From: an uncultured Hyphomonas sp.
Lineage (GTDB): Bacteria > Pseudomonadota > Alphaproteobacteria > Caulobacterales > Hyphomonadaceae
Assembly (NCBI GenBank): GCA_964644385.1
Contig: CAZXVJ010000006.1
Coordinates: 28,142 to 92,141 of the forward strand
DNA: 64,000 nt
Reading direction: 5' to 3'
Position 1 is the stretch's first letter. Every line of letters begins with the position of its first letter. Positions 29,598-39,698 of this stretch are shown piece after piece. The translations under genes and the position numbers were made by a program. The notes under the pieces were generated by a model. It saw only the letters and a program-made list of their open reading frames with translations. It did not search any database and was not told the origin of the DNA.

Positions 29598-30395
29598 ATG
29601 GCCTATGAGAAGATTTCCTACGAGCTAAAAGGCGACATCGCCATCATTGCATTTGATGATGCTAAGACGATGAACGCCTGCGGCATGGATACGTGTATGG
29701 AATTGCTGCACGCTATAGAGAAAGCCGCTGACGAGGCGCGCTGCACCATCCTTACCGGAAATGGCCGCGGATTTTGCTCCGGCGCAAACCTCTCCGGAAT
29801 GGGCAGCGGGCCTAAGCTAAATCTCGACGGCATGAAGCCAGATGCCGGACGCGGGCTCGATACACACTATAACGCTGTCGTACGTGAAATACGGCACCAC
29901 CCTCATCCTGTTATCACAGCCGTAAACGGCGCAGCAGCAGGCGTCGGATGCGCAATTGCCCTGATGGGTGACCTCGTTGTGTGCGCAAAGTCTGGCTATT
30001 TTCTGCAGGCCTTCCGCCGCATTGGCCTCGTGCCAGATGGCGGCTCAACCTATCTGCTTGCCAAATCGATCGGCCGTGTGCGCGCCATGGAGATGGCTCT
30101 GCTTGGCGAAAAAGTTCACGCCGACGAGGCCAAGGATTGGGGGCTTGTGAACAAAGTCGTCGAAGATGACGCGCTCATGGATACGGCGATGGAATACGCC
30201 GCCAAAATTGCGACGGGGCCAACCAAATCCCTCGCCATTACACGTGATTTGGTTTGGAAAGCCGTCGACAGCGATTTCAACGGCGCGCTTCAGGCCGAAC
30301 GCTACGCACAGCGCGATGCTGGGCGCGGGGCAGACTTTGCAGAGGGCGTTAAAGCCTTTCTCGAAAAGCGTCCGGCTGAATTCGGCAAAGCGTAA
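29598..30395 (+). CDS. Enoyl-CoA hydratase/isomerase (crotonase fold).
   Basis: ITAVNGAAAGVGCAIALMGD oxyanion-hole region. 265 aa. Confidence 0.8.
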   Translation: MAYEKISYELKGDIAIIAFDDAKTMNACGMDTCMELLHAIEKAADEARCTILTGNGRGFCSGANLSGMGSGPKLNLDGMKPDAGRGLDTHYNAVVREIRHHPHPVITAVNGAAAGVGCAIALMGDLVVCAKSGYFLQAFRRIGLVPDGGSTYLLAKSIGRVRAMEMALLGEKVHADEAKDWGLVNKVVEDDALMDTAMEYAAKIATGPTKSLAITRDLVWKAVDSDFNGALQAERYAQRDAGRGADFAEGVKAFLEKRPAEFGKA

Positions 30396-30431
30396 AGCTG
30401 GACAACGCGAACAATCGCGCCATCATGGGGC

Positions 30432-30995
30432 ATGTTCACAAGACGACTTATACTTGGGCTGTTGGGCGCATTTGCGCTTTCTGCCTGCACGCACGTGCCG
30501 ATCCAAAGTGACCCTACAGTGGTCACAACCGTCTATCTGGTTCGCCACGCCGAAAAACTTGGTGGTGAAGACCCTAACCTCACACTGGCCGGTGAAGAGC
30601 GCGCCGCTGCGCTTGGCAAATGGATTAAGGCCGAGGGCGCAAAGCCTGTCCTGGTCCATTCCTCCCAATATAAACGCACGCTTAACACAGCGTTGCTCGC
30701 GATGCAGGCGTCAGGTCTGAAAACGGTAGAGCGACTCGGTAACAATATCCGGATCTATAATCCGCGTGACCTATCCGCAATTGCCAAACACCTGAAGCAA
30801 ACCCCAGGGCGCCACTTGGTGGTCGGCCATTCAAACACAACGCCGCAACTTGTGGCCCTGCTCGGCGGTAGTGCGGGCAATGAAATCAACGAGGCCAGCG
30901 AGTATGATCGCCTCTACATTGTTCAGTTTTTCAAAGATGGAACGGTCGCCAGCGAACTCAAGCGCTATGGCGCGCGCTACGTTCCGGCCGCCTGA
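30432..30995 (+). CDS. Histidine phosphatase family protein (SixA / phosphoglycerate-mutase-like), secreted or lipoprotein.
   Basis: Signal peptide with LSAC lipobox. VYLVRHAEK catalytic His motif. VVGHSNT second His motif. Confidence 0.7.
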   Translation: MFTRRLILGLLGAFALSACTHVPIQSDPTVVTTVYLVRHAEKLGGEDPNLTLAGEERAAALGKWIKAEGAKPVLVHSSQYKRTLNTALLAMQASGLKTVERLGNNIRIYNPRDLSAIAKHLKQTPGRHLVVGHSNTTPQLVALLGGSAGNEINEASEYDRLYIVQFFKDGTVASELKRYGARYVPAA

Positions 30996-31149
30996 CACAC
31001 CCTAGCGGCGACGCCGACGCAATGCCTCAATCGCGCGTAATTCTGCTTCGTATTTCCGCTCAACGCGGATGGCTTTGCGTTGCATACGTTGGGACAGGAT
31101 GCGCAGCGCAAAGGCAGAGTAGAGGCCAAGAAAAATTGCAGCAATCATA

Positions 31150-31431
31150 TTACGTCTCCAATGGCGGCAGGCCCAGTCGGTAGACCCCTTTGAGCTTATC
31201 AAGGTCGGGAACTGGCTTTCCTTTCCTATAGATAGTAATGGTGCCAGCCTTTGCCAAGCGTATCGCTTCATGTCGCACATCTTTCAACACACGCCGCCAC
31301 TGATCCTCGCTCACATGCTTGGCGGCGTCGTAAGGACGGATCGTCTTGCCGACCCCGCATTCCGCGGTCAGCTCGAGGATCGCCTCACGCACTGGATTGG
31401 GGTTCGGTTTTTTCTTTTCTGGCTCAGTCAT
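31150..31431 (-). CDS. DUF3253 domain protein.
   Basis: REAILELTAECGVGKTIRPYDAAKH..WRRVLKDVRHEAIRLAKAGTITIYRKGKPV matches the DUF3253 core. Start placed at MTEPEKKK; the ORF allows up to 31512. Confidence 0.5.
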   Translation of the reverse strand: MTEPEKKKPNPNPVREAILELTAECGVGKTIRPYDAAKHVSEDQWRRVLKDVRHEAIRLAKAGTITIYRKGKPVPDLDKLKGVYRLGLPPLET

Positions 31432-32578
31432 CGGACACTTTCGGTGTCGCGAGTGTGACAAGATTTGTGAGCAAAGCATCCAATCCCGTGCCTGGCGCGT
31501 TAGTTGTGACATCCAGTTTACCCACTTTTTCAGTAATCTTCTCTAGCGTTTCCATCTCTTTCATACGCAGCAAGAGCGGATTGTTCTCCATCAGGCGCGC
31601 CGTGTTCAATAAGCTGCGCGTCGCGGCTGTCTCTTCCTGACGGCGGATCAAATTGGCCTGTGCCTGCTTTTCGGCTTCGACGACACGGTTCAATATCTCG
31701 CGCATTTCGCCGGGCAGAATAATATCCTTCACCCCCACCGTTTCAACTTCAACACCAAGGTCACCAAACGCGCCCATCGCCCGCACTTTCGCCGTCAGTT
31801 CCTCATCAAGGTCCCCGCGCGCATTTAGCAACTCATCCAGCGTACGACTGGCCGTTGCATCGCGGATTGCGAATTGAATGTGGCGGTAGAGTTGATCGCT
31901 CAAATCCTTTGCACCGGATGCTTTCTCACTGTCTTTCACAGACCAGAACGCTGTCAGGGTTACCCGTACCGACACGCGATCACGCGTCAATATTTCCTGC
32001 GCGGTTACCTCCATGGTTTGACGGCGCAAATCGACCAGCTCCAACACAATCTGACGAACAGCGCCCCAATATGCATAGACACCCGGCTTCAGTCGGTCAC
32101 GTAGCTCTCCATCCACCAGCGCAAAACCTTCAAAGCCTTTTGGCACCGAGAGGGAGTTGATTTGTCCGCCCGGTGCCACTTTGACCAACGGTTTAATCAA
32201 ATTGCGCTCAATCTGCGGCGCGTCTGCGACATCCAAGTGTTCGGTAGTGATTTGGTATAAATCTTTCCAGAAACCGTAAGTCTTGCCCGGCGGCACGACA
32301 TGCGAGATCTGTCCGTTAAAGCGAATGATTGCGACTTCCGTATCCAGCGTACGAACGATTTCCAGATACTTTTCCGCCAGCTTTGGTTTCGCTTGCACAA
32401 TCGCCGCCAGCACTTCGCCATCAATCAATGGTGCCTCAACATCAAACCACTCGACGCGCGCGCGTTGCCCCAGACCAATAATTTTGTGTCGCCCTGGCGC
32501 AAGCACATTATCGATCTTGCCTTCATAGAAGTGCAAAGCGCGCTGGGTCGCTTGAACGATGACGGGTGAACCAAACAT
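31424..32578 (-). CDS. SPFH/band-7 domain protein (slipin/stomatin-like). Second SPFH protein in the window.
   Basis: 384-aa protein with an SPFH-like core (VRVTLTAFWSVKD) and C-terminal charged helices. Assignment by overall pattern only. Confidence 0.5.
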   Translation of the reverse strand: MFGSPVIVQATQRALHFYEGKIDNVLAPGRHKIIGLGQRARVEWFDVEAPLIDGEVLAAIVQAKPKLAEKYLEIVRTLDTEVAIIRFNGQISHVVPPGKTYGFWKDLYQITTEHLDVADAPQIERNLIKPLVKVAPGGQINSLSVPKGFEGFALVDGELRDRLKPGVYAYWGAVRQIVLELVDLRRQTMEVTAQEILTRDRVSVRVTLTAFWSVKDSEKASGAKDLSDQLYRHIQFAIRDATASRTLDELLNARGDLDEELTAKVRAMGAFGDLGVEVETVGVKDIILPGEMREILNRVVEAEKQAQANLIRRQEETAATRSLLNTARLMENNPLLLRMKEMETLEKITEKVGKLDVTTNAPGTGLDALLTNLVTLATPKVSDD

Positions 32579-32928
32579 TGGGCGGACTTTCTTTCAATCA
32601 AAACAAGACCAACAACCTGCCGGAGAGACCGACCCGTCGTCAAACATATAATAACAATTCAGCAAAATAGGATGACCGGGCATCTCTCACGCCGGGCGAC
32701 AGCGGTCCCTCAGGGTCTGGGCGGAGGGCGAACCGGTGGTCGTCCATGGGAAAGCCGGTTTTGAGCGCCCAAAAGCAACTCGTCCCGGCCGGCATAGACG
32801 GCCTGTCCGGCCCGGCCTTGCACACCTTCCAAGAAGGCGCAGGGCTGGCCTTGCGCTGCGCCGCCGCTTTGCCGTCGCCCGAAGGCTACGGCGCCGCATT
32901 GGCGCGGAGGGATGCCCGGCATCCCGGT

Positions 32929-32957
32929 TTAAAAGGCCCCTGCGATAAAACAGGGGC
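32929..32957 (-). terminator. Rho-independent terminator immediately after the minus-strand tRNA-Val.
   Basis: On the minus strand GCCCCTG-ttttatcg-CAGGGGC followed by CTTTTAAA (plus strand aaaaGGCCCCTGcgataaaaCAGGGGC). Confidence 0.55.
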
Positions 32958-32959
32958 GG

Positions 32960-33032
32960 AAAATACGATGGGAATCGAACCCATTACCATAGAGTGTGAG
33001 TCTATTGCTCTACCCGAATGAGCTACGTAGCT
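32960..33032 (-). tRNA. Probable tRNA-Val (anticodon CAC). The acceptor stem has one mismatch as read, and CCA is not encoded.
   Basis: On the minus strand: D-arm GCTC-ATTCGGGTA-GAGC. Anticodon arm ATAGA-CTCACAC-TCTAT (U33, anticodon CAC, A37). T-arm ATGGG-TTCGATT-CCCAT. Acceptor AGCTACG/CGTATTT pairs 6 of 7 (C3 vs T70). Could be +-1 in indexing. Confidence 0.55.
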
Positions 33033-33176
33033 TGCACCTAAAGCAAGTGTCCTTTGCAGGGACTGGAGGATCAACACATCACAGGAATACGAAACGGCAT
33101 CGCCGCCCGCACCGCCCGGGACCTTCCTAACCCGGCGAGACATGATTGGCCCGCCAGAATGATGACCCGCACAGGC

Positions 33177-34415
33177 TTACCAGTCAATCGCCGCATAAGT
33201 CAGTTGCTGGAACTGAGGGCGGATTGGGTACGTCGAAGATGGAATCATCTGGGTCATCTGGATGGCGATGATCTCTTCGGCGGGGTCAATCCAGAAGAAG
33301 GTACTTGCAAGGCCGCCCCAACTGAACGTGCCCTCAGAGCCAGGCTGTAGGTTGGCGACCTCGTTGACCAGCACTGATCCTCCAAGACCGAACCCATTGC
33401 CCTCCATTCGCGCTTCAGAAAACGTCTTATCGCCCATGTCTTTGATCGTTTTCCCGCCGGGCAAATGATTTTGACGCATAAACTCAAATGTTTTCGGGCT
33501 AATCAGGCGCGCGCCGTCCAACGTGCCGCCTCGCATCAAGCAAAGACAAAAGCGATGATAATCCCCAACGGTGGAGACAAGGCCGCCCCCTGCGTTGAGC
33601 AATTTGGGGCGTTTTGAGTAGGCTTTGGAGCTCGCGCCACCTTCGTCCGACACCGTAATCACGCCCGTCTCCGGATCCTTCTGATAGCAGTGCATCAGGC
33701 GGTCGATTTTGTCCTCTGGAACGAAGAAATCTGTATCGACCATGCCGAGCGGACTGAAGATGTGCTCCTTAAAGAACTCATCTAACGGCTGACCAGAAAC
33801 GACCTCAACGATGGCACCAAGCACATCAATCGAGTGACTATACTGCCAGCGGTCACCTGGGCTGAAGCAAAGCGGTAGGCCGGCAATGCGCTCACTCATC
33901 TCAAGGAGCGTCTCGTGCGGATGGCCAATCTTGGCTTTGCGATACAGCGCGTCGCACTCCTCCTGCATCAGGAATCCATAGGTGATACCGGACGTATGAG
34001 TGAAAAGGTCCAGCACAGTCATTTCGCGGTCAGGCTTACGCGTTTTGGGCGCCTCAACGGTGCCGCCATCAAAGACCATAGCGTCTTTAAAAGCTGGAAT
34101 GTATCGACTGACGTTGTGATCTAACCGCAGATCACCTTTCTCGAACAACATCATCGCGGCCAGCGATGTGATCGGTTTTGTCATGGAGTAGATGCGAAAA
34201 ATGGTGTCGGCAGCGATAGGTCTGCCTTTGCCATTGATCTCTGTGGTACCAGAATAATCTTCCAGCGCAATCTCGCCGCCCCGCGAAATCAGCGTGGCGA
34301 CGCAGGGCAGCTTGCCCTTGTCGATATAGCGCTCCTGAAAGAACGCCGGAATGGCGCGCAACGCGTCTTCGTTCAGGCCAACGTCAGAGGGGTCGGTAGG
34401 GTCATATTCAAACAT
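33177..34415 (-). CDS. Serine hydrolase of the beta-lactamase / EstB esterase family.
   Basis: SMTK (S-x-x-K) active-site motif in RIYSMTKPITSLAAMML. 412 aa. Confidence 0.75.
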   Translation of the reverse strand: MFEYDPTDPSDVGLNEDALRAIPAFFQERYIDKGKLPCVATLISRGGEIALEDYSGTTEINGKGRPIAADTIFRIYSMTKPITSLAAMMLFEKGDLRLDHNVSRYIPAFKDAMVFDGGTVEAPKTRKPDREMTVLDLFTHTSGITYGFLMQEECDALYRKAKIGHPHETLLEMSERIAGLPLCFSPGDRWQYSHSIDVLGAIVEVVSGQPLDEFFKEHIFSPLGMVDTDFFVPEDKIDRLMHCYQKDPETGVITVSDEGGASSKAYSKRPKLLNAGGGLVSTVGDYHRFCLCLMRGGTLDGARLISPKTFEFMRQNHLPGGKTIKDMGDKTFSEARMEGNGFGLGGSVLVNEVANLQPGSEGTFSWGGLASTFFWIDPAEEIIAIQMTQMIPSSTYPIRPQFQQLTYAAIDW

Positions 34416-35575
34416 TATAGGGTTCCTGCCTTGGCCGCCCGGGCGAGTTCACGGGCGATGATGATTTGTTGGATTTGGCTGGTGCCTTCGTACAGGCGGA
34501 AGATGCGGACATCGCGGTAGAAACGTTCGATGCCGTAATCTGTGACATAACCTGCGCCGCCAAAGACTTGCACAGCGCGATCAGCCACGCGCCCACAGGC
34601 TTCCGTAGCGAAAAGTTTGGTGGAGGATGCCAGCAACGTGACATTCTCCCCGGCATCGCGCCGACGAGCGGCATCCAGGATCATGCAGCGGGCGGCGTAT
34701 GTCTCCGCCTGGCTATCGGCAATCATAGCCTGGATCAGTTGGTGTTGCATGATCGGCTTGCCGAACTGTTCACGTTCAAGGCTGTAGGTCACCATCTCTT
34801 TGATCAACCTCTCAGACACGCCGGTCGCAACAGATGAGATGTGTAAACGCCCCTTATCCAGCACGCTCATCGCAACTTTGAAGCCTTCACCTTCATTGCC
34901 GATCATATTTTCGGCCGGCACCCTCGCATTGTCGAATATAACGTCGCAAATGTGCGCGCCTTGTTGGCCCATCTTCTTTTCCGGCGATCCAACCGACAGC
35001 CCCGGCGTGTTGCGCTCAACCACGAAGGCCGAGACTCCCTTTGGCCCGGGTGTGCCAGGATCGGTGCGCGCCATAACCGTGAATAGGTCCGCCTTATTGG
35101 CATTGGTAATGTAGCGCTTGGTTCCGTTGAGCACGTAATGATCGCCATCTTTGATCGCCTTTGTGGTGAGCCCGCCTGCGTCTGAGCCGGCTTCGGGTTC
35201 CGTTAGCGCGAAACTGGCGATCAGGTCGCCTGAGGCGATCCCGGGCAGCCATTTGGACTTTTGCGCTTCTGTCCCAAACAGAACGAGCGCCTGAGACCCG
35301 ATACCTATATTGGTGCCTGCCACGCTACGAAACGCTGGCGAGGTGCGGCCAAGTTCGAACCCAACAAGACACTCGGTCTCCATATCAAGGTCTAACCCGC
35401 CGAATTCTTCCGGCACCGCAAGACCGAATAGACCGAGATGTTTCATCTCATCAACAATCGCTTGGGGCACCTCATCTTCATCGCCCACTTGCGCCTCGAG
35501 TGGCACGCACTTTTCAGTCACAAATCGGCGCACTTGTTCAATCAGAGCGTCGCGAATGTCTGCATCAAATGGCAT
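34415..35575 (-). CDS. Acyl-CoA dehydrogenase.
   Basis: 386 aa. ALTEPEAGSD motif and YEGTSQIQ C-terminal motif of the ACAD family. Confidence 0.85.
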   Translation of the reverse strand: MPFDADIRDALIEQVRRFVTEKCVPLEAQVGDEDEVPQAIVDEMKHLGLFGLAVPEEFGGLDLDMETECLVGFELGRTSPAFRSVAGTNIGIGSQALVLFGTEAQKSKWLPGIASGDLIASFALTEPEAGSDAGGLTTKAIKDGDHYVLNGTKRYITNANKADLFTVMARTDPGTPGPKGVSAFVVERNTPGLSVGSPEKKMGQQGAHICDVIFDNARVPAENMIGNEGEGFKVAMSVLDKGRLHISSVATGVSERLIKEMVTYSLEREQFGKPIMQHQLIQAMIADSQAETYAARCMILDAARRRDAGENVTLLASSTKLFATEACGRVADRAVQVFGGAGYVTDYGIERFYRDVRIFRLYEGTSQIQQIIIARELARAAKAGTL

Positions 35576-35686
35576 AGGGTGCCTCCAGAGTGTTGTCCTG
35601 AAGATAGTCTATGCCGCGGCGTGACGCTTGTCGAAGGGTGACGGAGCGTTATCACTTACTCAAAGCAACAAAGCGGGAGCACGCGC

Positions 35687-36118
35687 ATGAACGGAACAAT
35701 CGTCGAAGGCGGTGAGTTTGATGGCTGGCTGAACTGGCCAAGCGAGCCATTTGAATATGAAACAGCGGGACCGTTTTATTATCGTACAGATCATATCGGC
35801 CACGTCGCCGCGTTTCGTGCAGAGCGCAAGCACATGAATGGCGGCGGCGTTGTGCATGGTGGCTGCCTTATGGCGTTTGCCGATTTTGCCCTTTTCGCGA
35901 TCGCCAACGATCACCTTAGCGAGGACGCCTACAGCCTAACCATCGCATTCACCTCCGAATTCCTCTCGGGGCCCAAGGAAGGCCAACTGGTTGAGGCGCG
36001 CGGCGAAGTTTTACGCGCCGGTGGATCGCTTGTATTTGTTCGCGGTGTGGTAACGGCCGATGGCACACCCGCCCTGAATTTCTCTGGCACACTTAAACGC
36101 ATAAGGAACAAAAAATGA
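35687..36118 (+). CDS. PaaI/hotdog-fold thioesterase.
   Basis: HGGCLMAFADFAL motif. 143 aa. Confidence 0.7.
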   Translation: MNGTIVEGGEFDGWLNWPSEPFEYETAGPFYYRTDHIGHVAAFRAERKHMNGGGVVHGGCLMAFADFALFAIANDHLSEDAYSLTIAFTSEFLSGPKEGQLVEARGEVLRAGGSLVFVRGVVTADGTPALNFSGTLKRIRNKK

Positions 36119-36903
36119 CCCACCTGCCCTACGAAGACCTTTCCCGCTCAATCGCTGGCAAGACGGCGCTAATAACGGGCGCAGCCAGCGGTATGGGCAG
36201 GGCCACGGCGCATCTGTTTGCGCGCGAAGGGGCAAACGTAGCGGTTACCGACCTGAATCAAGAGGCTGTCGACACAGTTGTTGATGAGATCAAAACGGCC
36301 GGCATGGACAATGTGCGTGGGTGGGCCATGGATGTGTCGGACGCCGGGGTCATTAAGTCTGTTGTCGATGCAGCTGCCACGCATTTCGGCGGATTGGATA
36401 TTTTGGTCAACAATGCCGGCTTTGCAATTCCCGGCGATGTGGCGACCGATGCTTATGAAGACGCATGGAGCAAAACCCTCGCCGTCATGTTAGATGCCCA
36501 TCACCGCGCAATTCGCGCCGCCCTGCCACATATGCGGGAAAACGGTTGGGGACGCATCGTCAACATTGCCTCTACTGAGGGACTTGGCGCAACGCCCGGC
36601 AATTCACCCTACGTCGCCGCCAAGCACGGCGTCATTGGTTTAACACGTGGCCTTGCGGTAGATTTAGGCCGCGAGGGTATAACCGTAAACTGCATATGCC
36701 CAGGGCCGATCATAACTGGCATTACCGCTGGAATATCTGACGAACACAAAACGATTTTCGCCAAGCGCCGCGTGCCACTTCGCCGCTATGGCATTCCGGA
36801 AGAAGTCGCGCACATGACGCTGTCGTGCGTGTTGCCGGCTGCCAGTTACCTAAACGGTGTGCACATTCCCGTGGATGGCGGCATGACCATCAAGAACGCC
36901 TGA
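36115..36903 (+). CDS. SDR family oxidoreductase.
   Basis: TGAASGMGRATA cofactor motif, NNAG, and YVAAK catalytic YxxxK. ATG overlaps the upstream stop. Confidence 0.85.
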   Translation: MTHLPYEDLSRSIAGKTALITGAASGMGRATAHLFAREGANVAVTDLNQEAVDTVVDEIKTAGMDNVRGWAMDVSDAGVIKSVVDAAATHFGGLDILVNNAGFAIPGDVATDAYEDAWSKTLAVMLDAHHRAIRAALPHMRENGWGRIVNIASTEGLGATPGNSPYVAAKHGVIGLTRGLAVDLGREGITVNCICPGPIITGITAGISDEHKTIFAKRRVPLRRYGIPEEVAHMTLSCVLPAASYLNGVHIPVDGGMTIKNA

Positions 36904-36905
36904 TC

Positions 36906-39593
36906 TTATTCGGCAAATACCGAAACAAGATCGTCTTGCGTCGCCTGATCCAAAGCATCGCAAAGTTCAATACTTTCGACCGTTTCTGCGAGCGCACGTT
37001 CATATCCAGACACAAGGGTAGCATTTGCGTCAAACAGCGCTTTGATTTCATCGGTGCGACTGGCGTCACAAAAACTAGCCGCGAAACGCGGCATCCGCCT
37101 GCGCCATTGTGAAGGGATATTGGCCGCGATGGTCGAAAAATTATCGTTGACGAATGCCCACGTTTCCTCGCGCGTTTCCGATCGCCCCATTTGGCTTTGT
37201 ACCAAGCTAAATGTCTCGCGAGGGCCCATTTCGCCGGATAAAATCATAGCCTGCAAACGCTTCGGCAAGTCGCCAGAAGTTGCCCGGCCAATGGCGCTGA
37301 ACACGGCCTGCTCGAATACGGGGTCGTCAATCGACTTTTGCGCGGCCAATATTCGATCAAACATTTCCGCGTCGCCGTCCTCAACCGCAACCCGCAGCGC
37401 TGTTCTATACAAATCACTTCCCAATGCACGTGGGTCGATCGCATCCGCTTCGGTGCCAGCCATAAAGGTTTCAAGCCGCTGAACCAGATCGCCCCTTTTC
37501 TCAGCATTGCGAATGGTCAACGCTTCAAACGCGTCAATGCGAGAAATTAATTCGTTTGATGAAGACTGATCCCCCATCTTGCCGCGAAGCGTATCAACCA
37601 GCGCTTGAGCGCGGGCGCGTGCCTCTGTTCTCGCATCACCGCTTGGTAGCCGGTCGATAATATCGCCAAATCTCGCCAGCGCCGACGCGACGACGCGTGG
37701 GTCATTGTGCTGTGTGCCTGCGCTAACGATATCAACCAATGCTTTTGCCGTCATCTCGCCCGCCTGATTAGCGGCCGCTGCACTGTCCAACGTCGACAGC
37801 GCGTCGCCTGCCGGAATACGCGGCAGCACTTCGGCGAGGCCCGCCCAACCAGCGGCATCAAGGGAGAACCGATAGTAACCGGTGCCACCAGCATTGGGCA
37901 TAACCCATTTCGGACAACCGGGTTGCTCCAACGCAATCAAATCTTCTTGCTTACGCAACATCGTACACGTGCGCTGAAACGCCGTGCCATCACCAGCGGC
38001 AACGCAAATTGGAATCGTCCACTGGGTTGTTGGGTCGATTTTTGATCCCAAAGGTCGATACCGCGTTTGCGACAGTTTCACCCGCGCAATGGGCGCATCA
38101 CAGATTAACTCCGCCGTCACAAGCGGCAGCCCATTTTGCGTTACAAAGCTCTGAAACGCTTCTGTGAGATCCGGCTCACCGGTGGCCGATCCAATCACGT
38201 CGAAAAAGTCCGCACTGTCAGCTGATTGATCAGCGAACTTCGCAACATACTCGCCCATGGCCGGGCGGAAGGTTTCGGGACCAAAATAGCTATCGGCCAT
38301 CGCGATGACAGCCATACCCTTTCGGTAAGTGATCGCGTCATAAGCGTTTCTGATGTCCTCATTGCGCTCAATAGGTTCGGAGACGGCGCGGGCACTGGCC
38401 AAACTATCCAGTCGCATCGCAGATATTGCTTCCGCGACCGCTTGCGCCTCATGACCTTCATCGGGCTCATACTGTGACAGCACCATTGGCTCTCCCCACG
38501 TGGCGAACCCCTCCTTCAGCCACAAATCATCCCACCAGGGCGGCGTCACGAGATTGCCAAACCACATATGGGCAATCTCATGCGCGTGCACCTCTTTCAG
38601 GCTTCGTAGAAACGCAGGTCCAGCATTCTCGCTCGCCAAAATTCGGCTTTCCCGGTATGTGATCGCGCCAGCCAGCTCGGTCGCGCCAGACGGCCATTGT
38701 GGCGCGGCAACAATATCCAGTTTCTTGTATGGATAAGGTTGCTCGATTGCTTCCTCAAACAGACGGACAAATGTCGGCGTAATCGCCAAGGCATATTCCA
38801 GCTCAGGCCCCTTGCCAGCGCGCGCATAACCTCTCAGAGGAATGGGTACGTCACGTATCGCATTCGGGGGAATATCCGGGCGCCGCACTTCATCAAAGTT
38901 GCCCACCGCAACCGATAGAAGATACGTCGATAGAGGCCGCGTTGCAGCAAACTCGACGCGCTCATATCCTTCGATCGCTGGTGTTCGAGCCGTCTGCGGC
39001 GTGTTGGCAATTGCAATCATGTCCTCCGGCACCAGATACGTCATATTGAATGGAGCTTTAAACCGCGGTTCGTCAAAGGACGGCAAAAAGCGTCGGGCCT
39101 GAATGCTTTCGGATTTCGCCAATGCATAAGCATTGCCTTGTTCTTCCACCCGAAAAAGACCCGCGAGATTAACGTCAAACGGCGCACTATATGCAATGGT
39201 CACCGTCACACCATCAACGCGTGTTCGACGTGGAAAGCCGACCCAGGACACGCCTGTTTCGAGCACCTCGGTCCACGTCCCTTCGAGTGTTTCGTCGCCC
39301 GCTTTAACCGCAACTGACGTTACGCTCAAATCGTCGCCATGCATCCAGAAGCCGGTTGTTGGTCGGTCTAGCAAGACGTCAATTTCGACGACCCCGGAAA
39401 ACGACTCTCGGCGCGGGTCGATGTCTAACTCAACACGGTAGGCCATCGGCTCAGCATTCTTCGGCAAAATACCAACCGGAGCAATTTCGCGCAATTCGTC
39501 GATGGTCACAGGCTGCGCAGGCGGTCCCCAGGCCCCTTTGTCAGTGCAGGATGCGAGCGCAAATACTAAAACGACCCAAAACCAACGTGCCAT
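36906..39593 (-). CDS. M1 family zinc aminopeptidase (aminopeptidase N-like), secreted/lipoprotein.
   Basis: HEIAHMWFGNLVT..18..LWLKEGFATW (HExxH plus E zinc site). A GAMEN variant GATELAG upstream. Signal peptide with LASC lipobox. Confidence 0.85.
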   Translation of the reverse strand: MARWFWVVLVFALASCTDKGAWGPPAQPVTIDELREIAPVGILPKNAEPMAYRVELDIDPRRESFSGVVEIDVLLDRPTTGFWMHGDDLSVTSVAVKAGDETLEGTWTEVLETGVSWVGFPRRTRVDGVTVTIAYSAPFDVNLAGLFRVEEQGNAYALAKSESIQARRFLPSFDEPRFKAPFNMTYLVPEDMIAIANTPQTARTPAIEGYERVEFAATRPLSTYLLSVAVGNFDEVRRPDIPPNAIRDVPIPLRGYARAGKGPELEYALAITPTFVRLFEEAIEQPYPYKKLDIVAAPQWPSGATELAGAITYRESRILASENAGPAFLRSLKEVHAHEIAHMWFGNLVTPPWWDDLWLKEGFATWGEPMVLSQYEPDEGHEAQAVAEAISAMRLDSLASARAVSEPIERNEDIRNAYDAITYRKGMAVIAMADSYFGPETFRPAMGEYVAKFADQSADSADFFDVIGSATGEPDLTEAFQSFVTQNGLPLVTAELICDAPIARVKLSQTRYRPLGSKIDPTTQWTIPICVAAGDGTAFQRTCTMLRKQEDLIALEQPGCPKWVMPNAGGTGYYRFSLDAAGWAGLAEVLPRIPAGDALSTLDSAAAANQAGEMTAKALVDIVSAGTQHNDPRVVASALARFGDIIDRLPSGDARTEARARAQALVDTLRGKMGDQSSSNELISRIDAFEALTIRNAEKRGDLVQRLETFMAGTEADAIDPRALGSDLYRTALRVAVEDGDAEMFDRILAAQKSIDDPVFEQAVFSAIGRATSGDLPKRLQAMILSGEMGPRETFSLVQSQMGRSETREETWAFVNDNFSTIAANIPSQWRRRMPRFAASFCDASRTDEIKALFDANATLVSGYERALAETVESIELCDALDQATQDDLVSVFAE

Positions 39594-39698
39594 AACGAAA
39601 TTCCCTAACCTGCCGAGGCCTGTATATACCCCATAAGTTCCGCGATCGGACCTACAGTTGATTGCTAAAAATACCCAGTTGATACTGGCACCAGTCTG

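Noticed and set aside
32579-32960. RNase P RNA or SRP RNA in the GC-rich region
   Set aside because: GGGAAAGCCGG superficially resembles the RNase P P4 strand, but the other universally conserved RNase P blocks (GGUAAGAGCGCACC, ACAGAAnCCGGCUUA) and the SRP GGAAGCAGCC motif are absent.
32640-33021. Several 60-90-aa Arg/Pro/Ala-rich ORFs on both strands
   Set aside because: They come from the ~70% GC non-coding leader: low-complexity arginine-rich translations, mutual overlap, no RBS.
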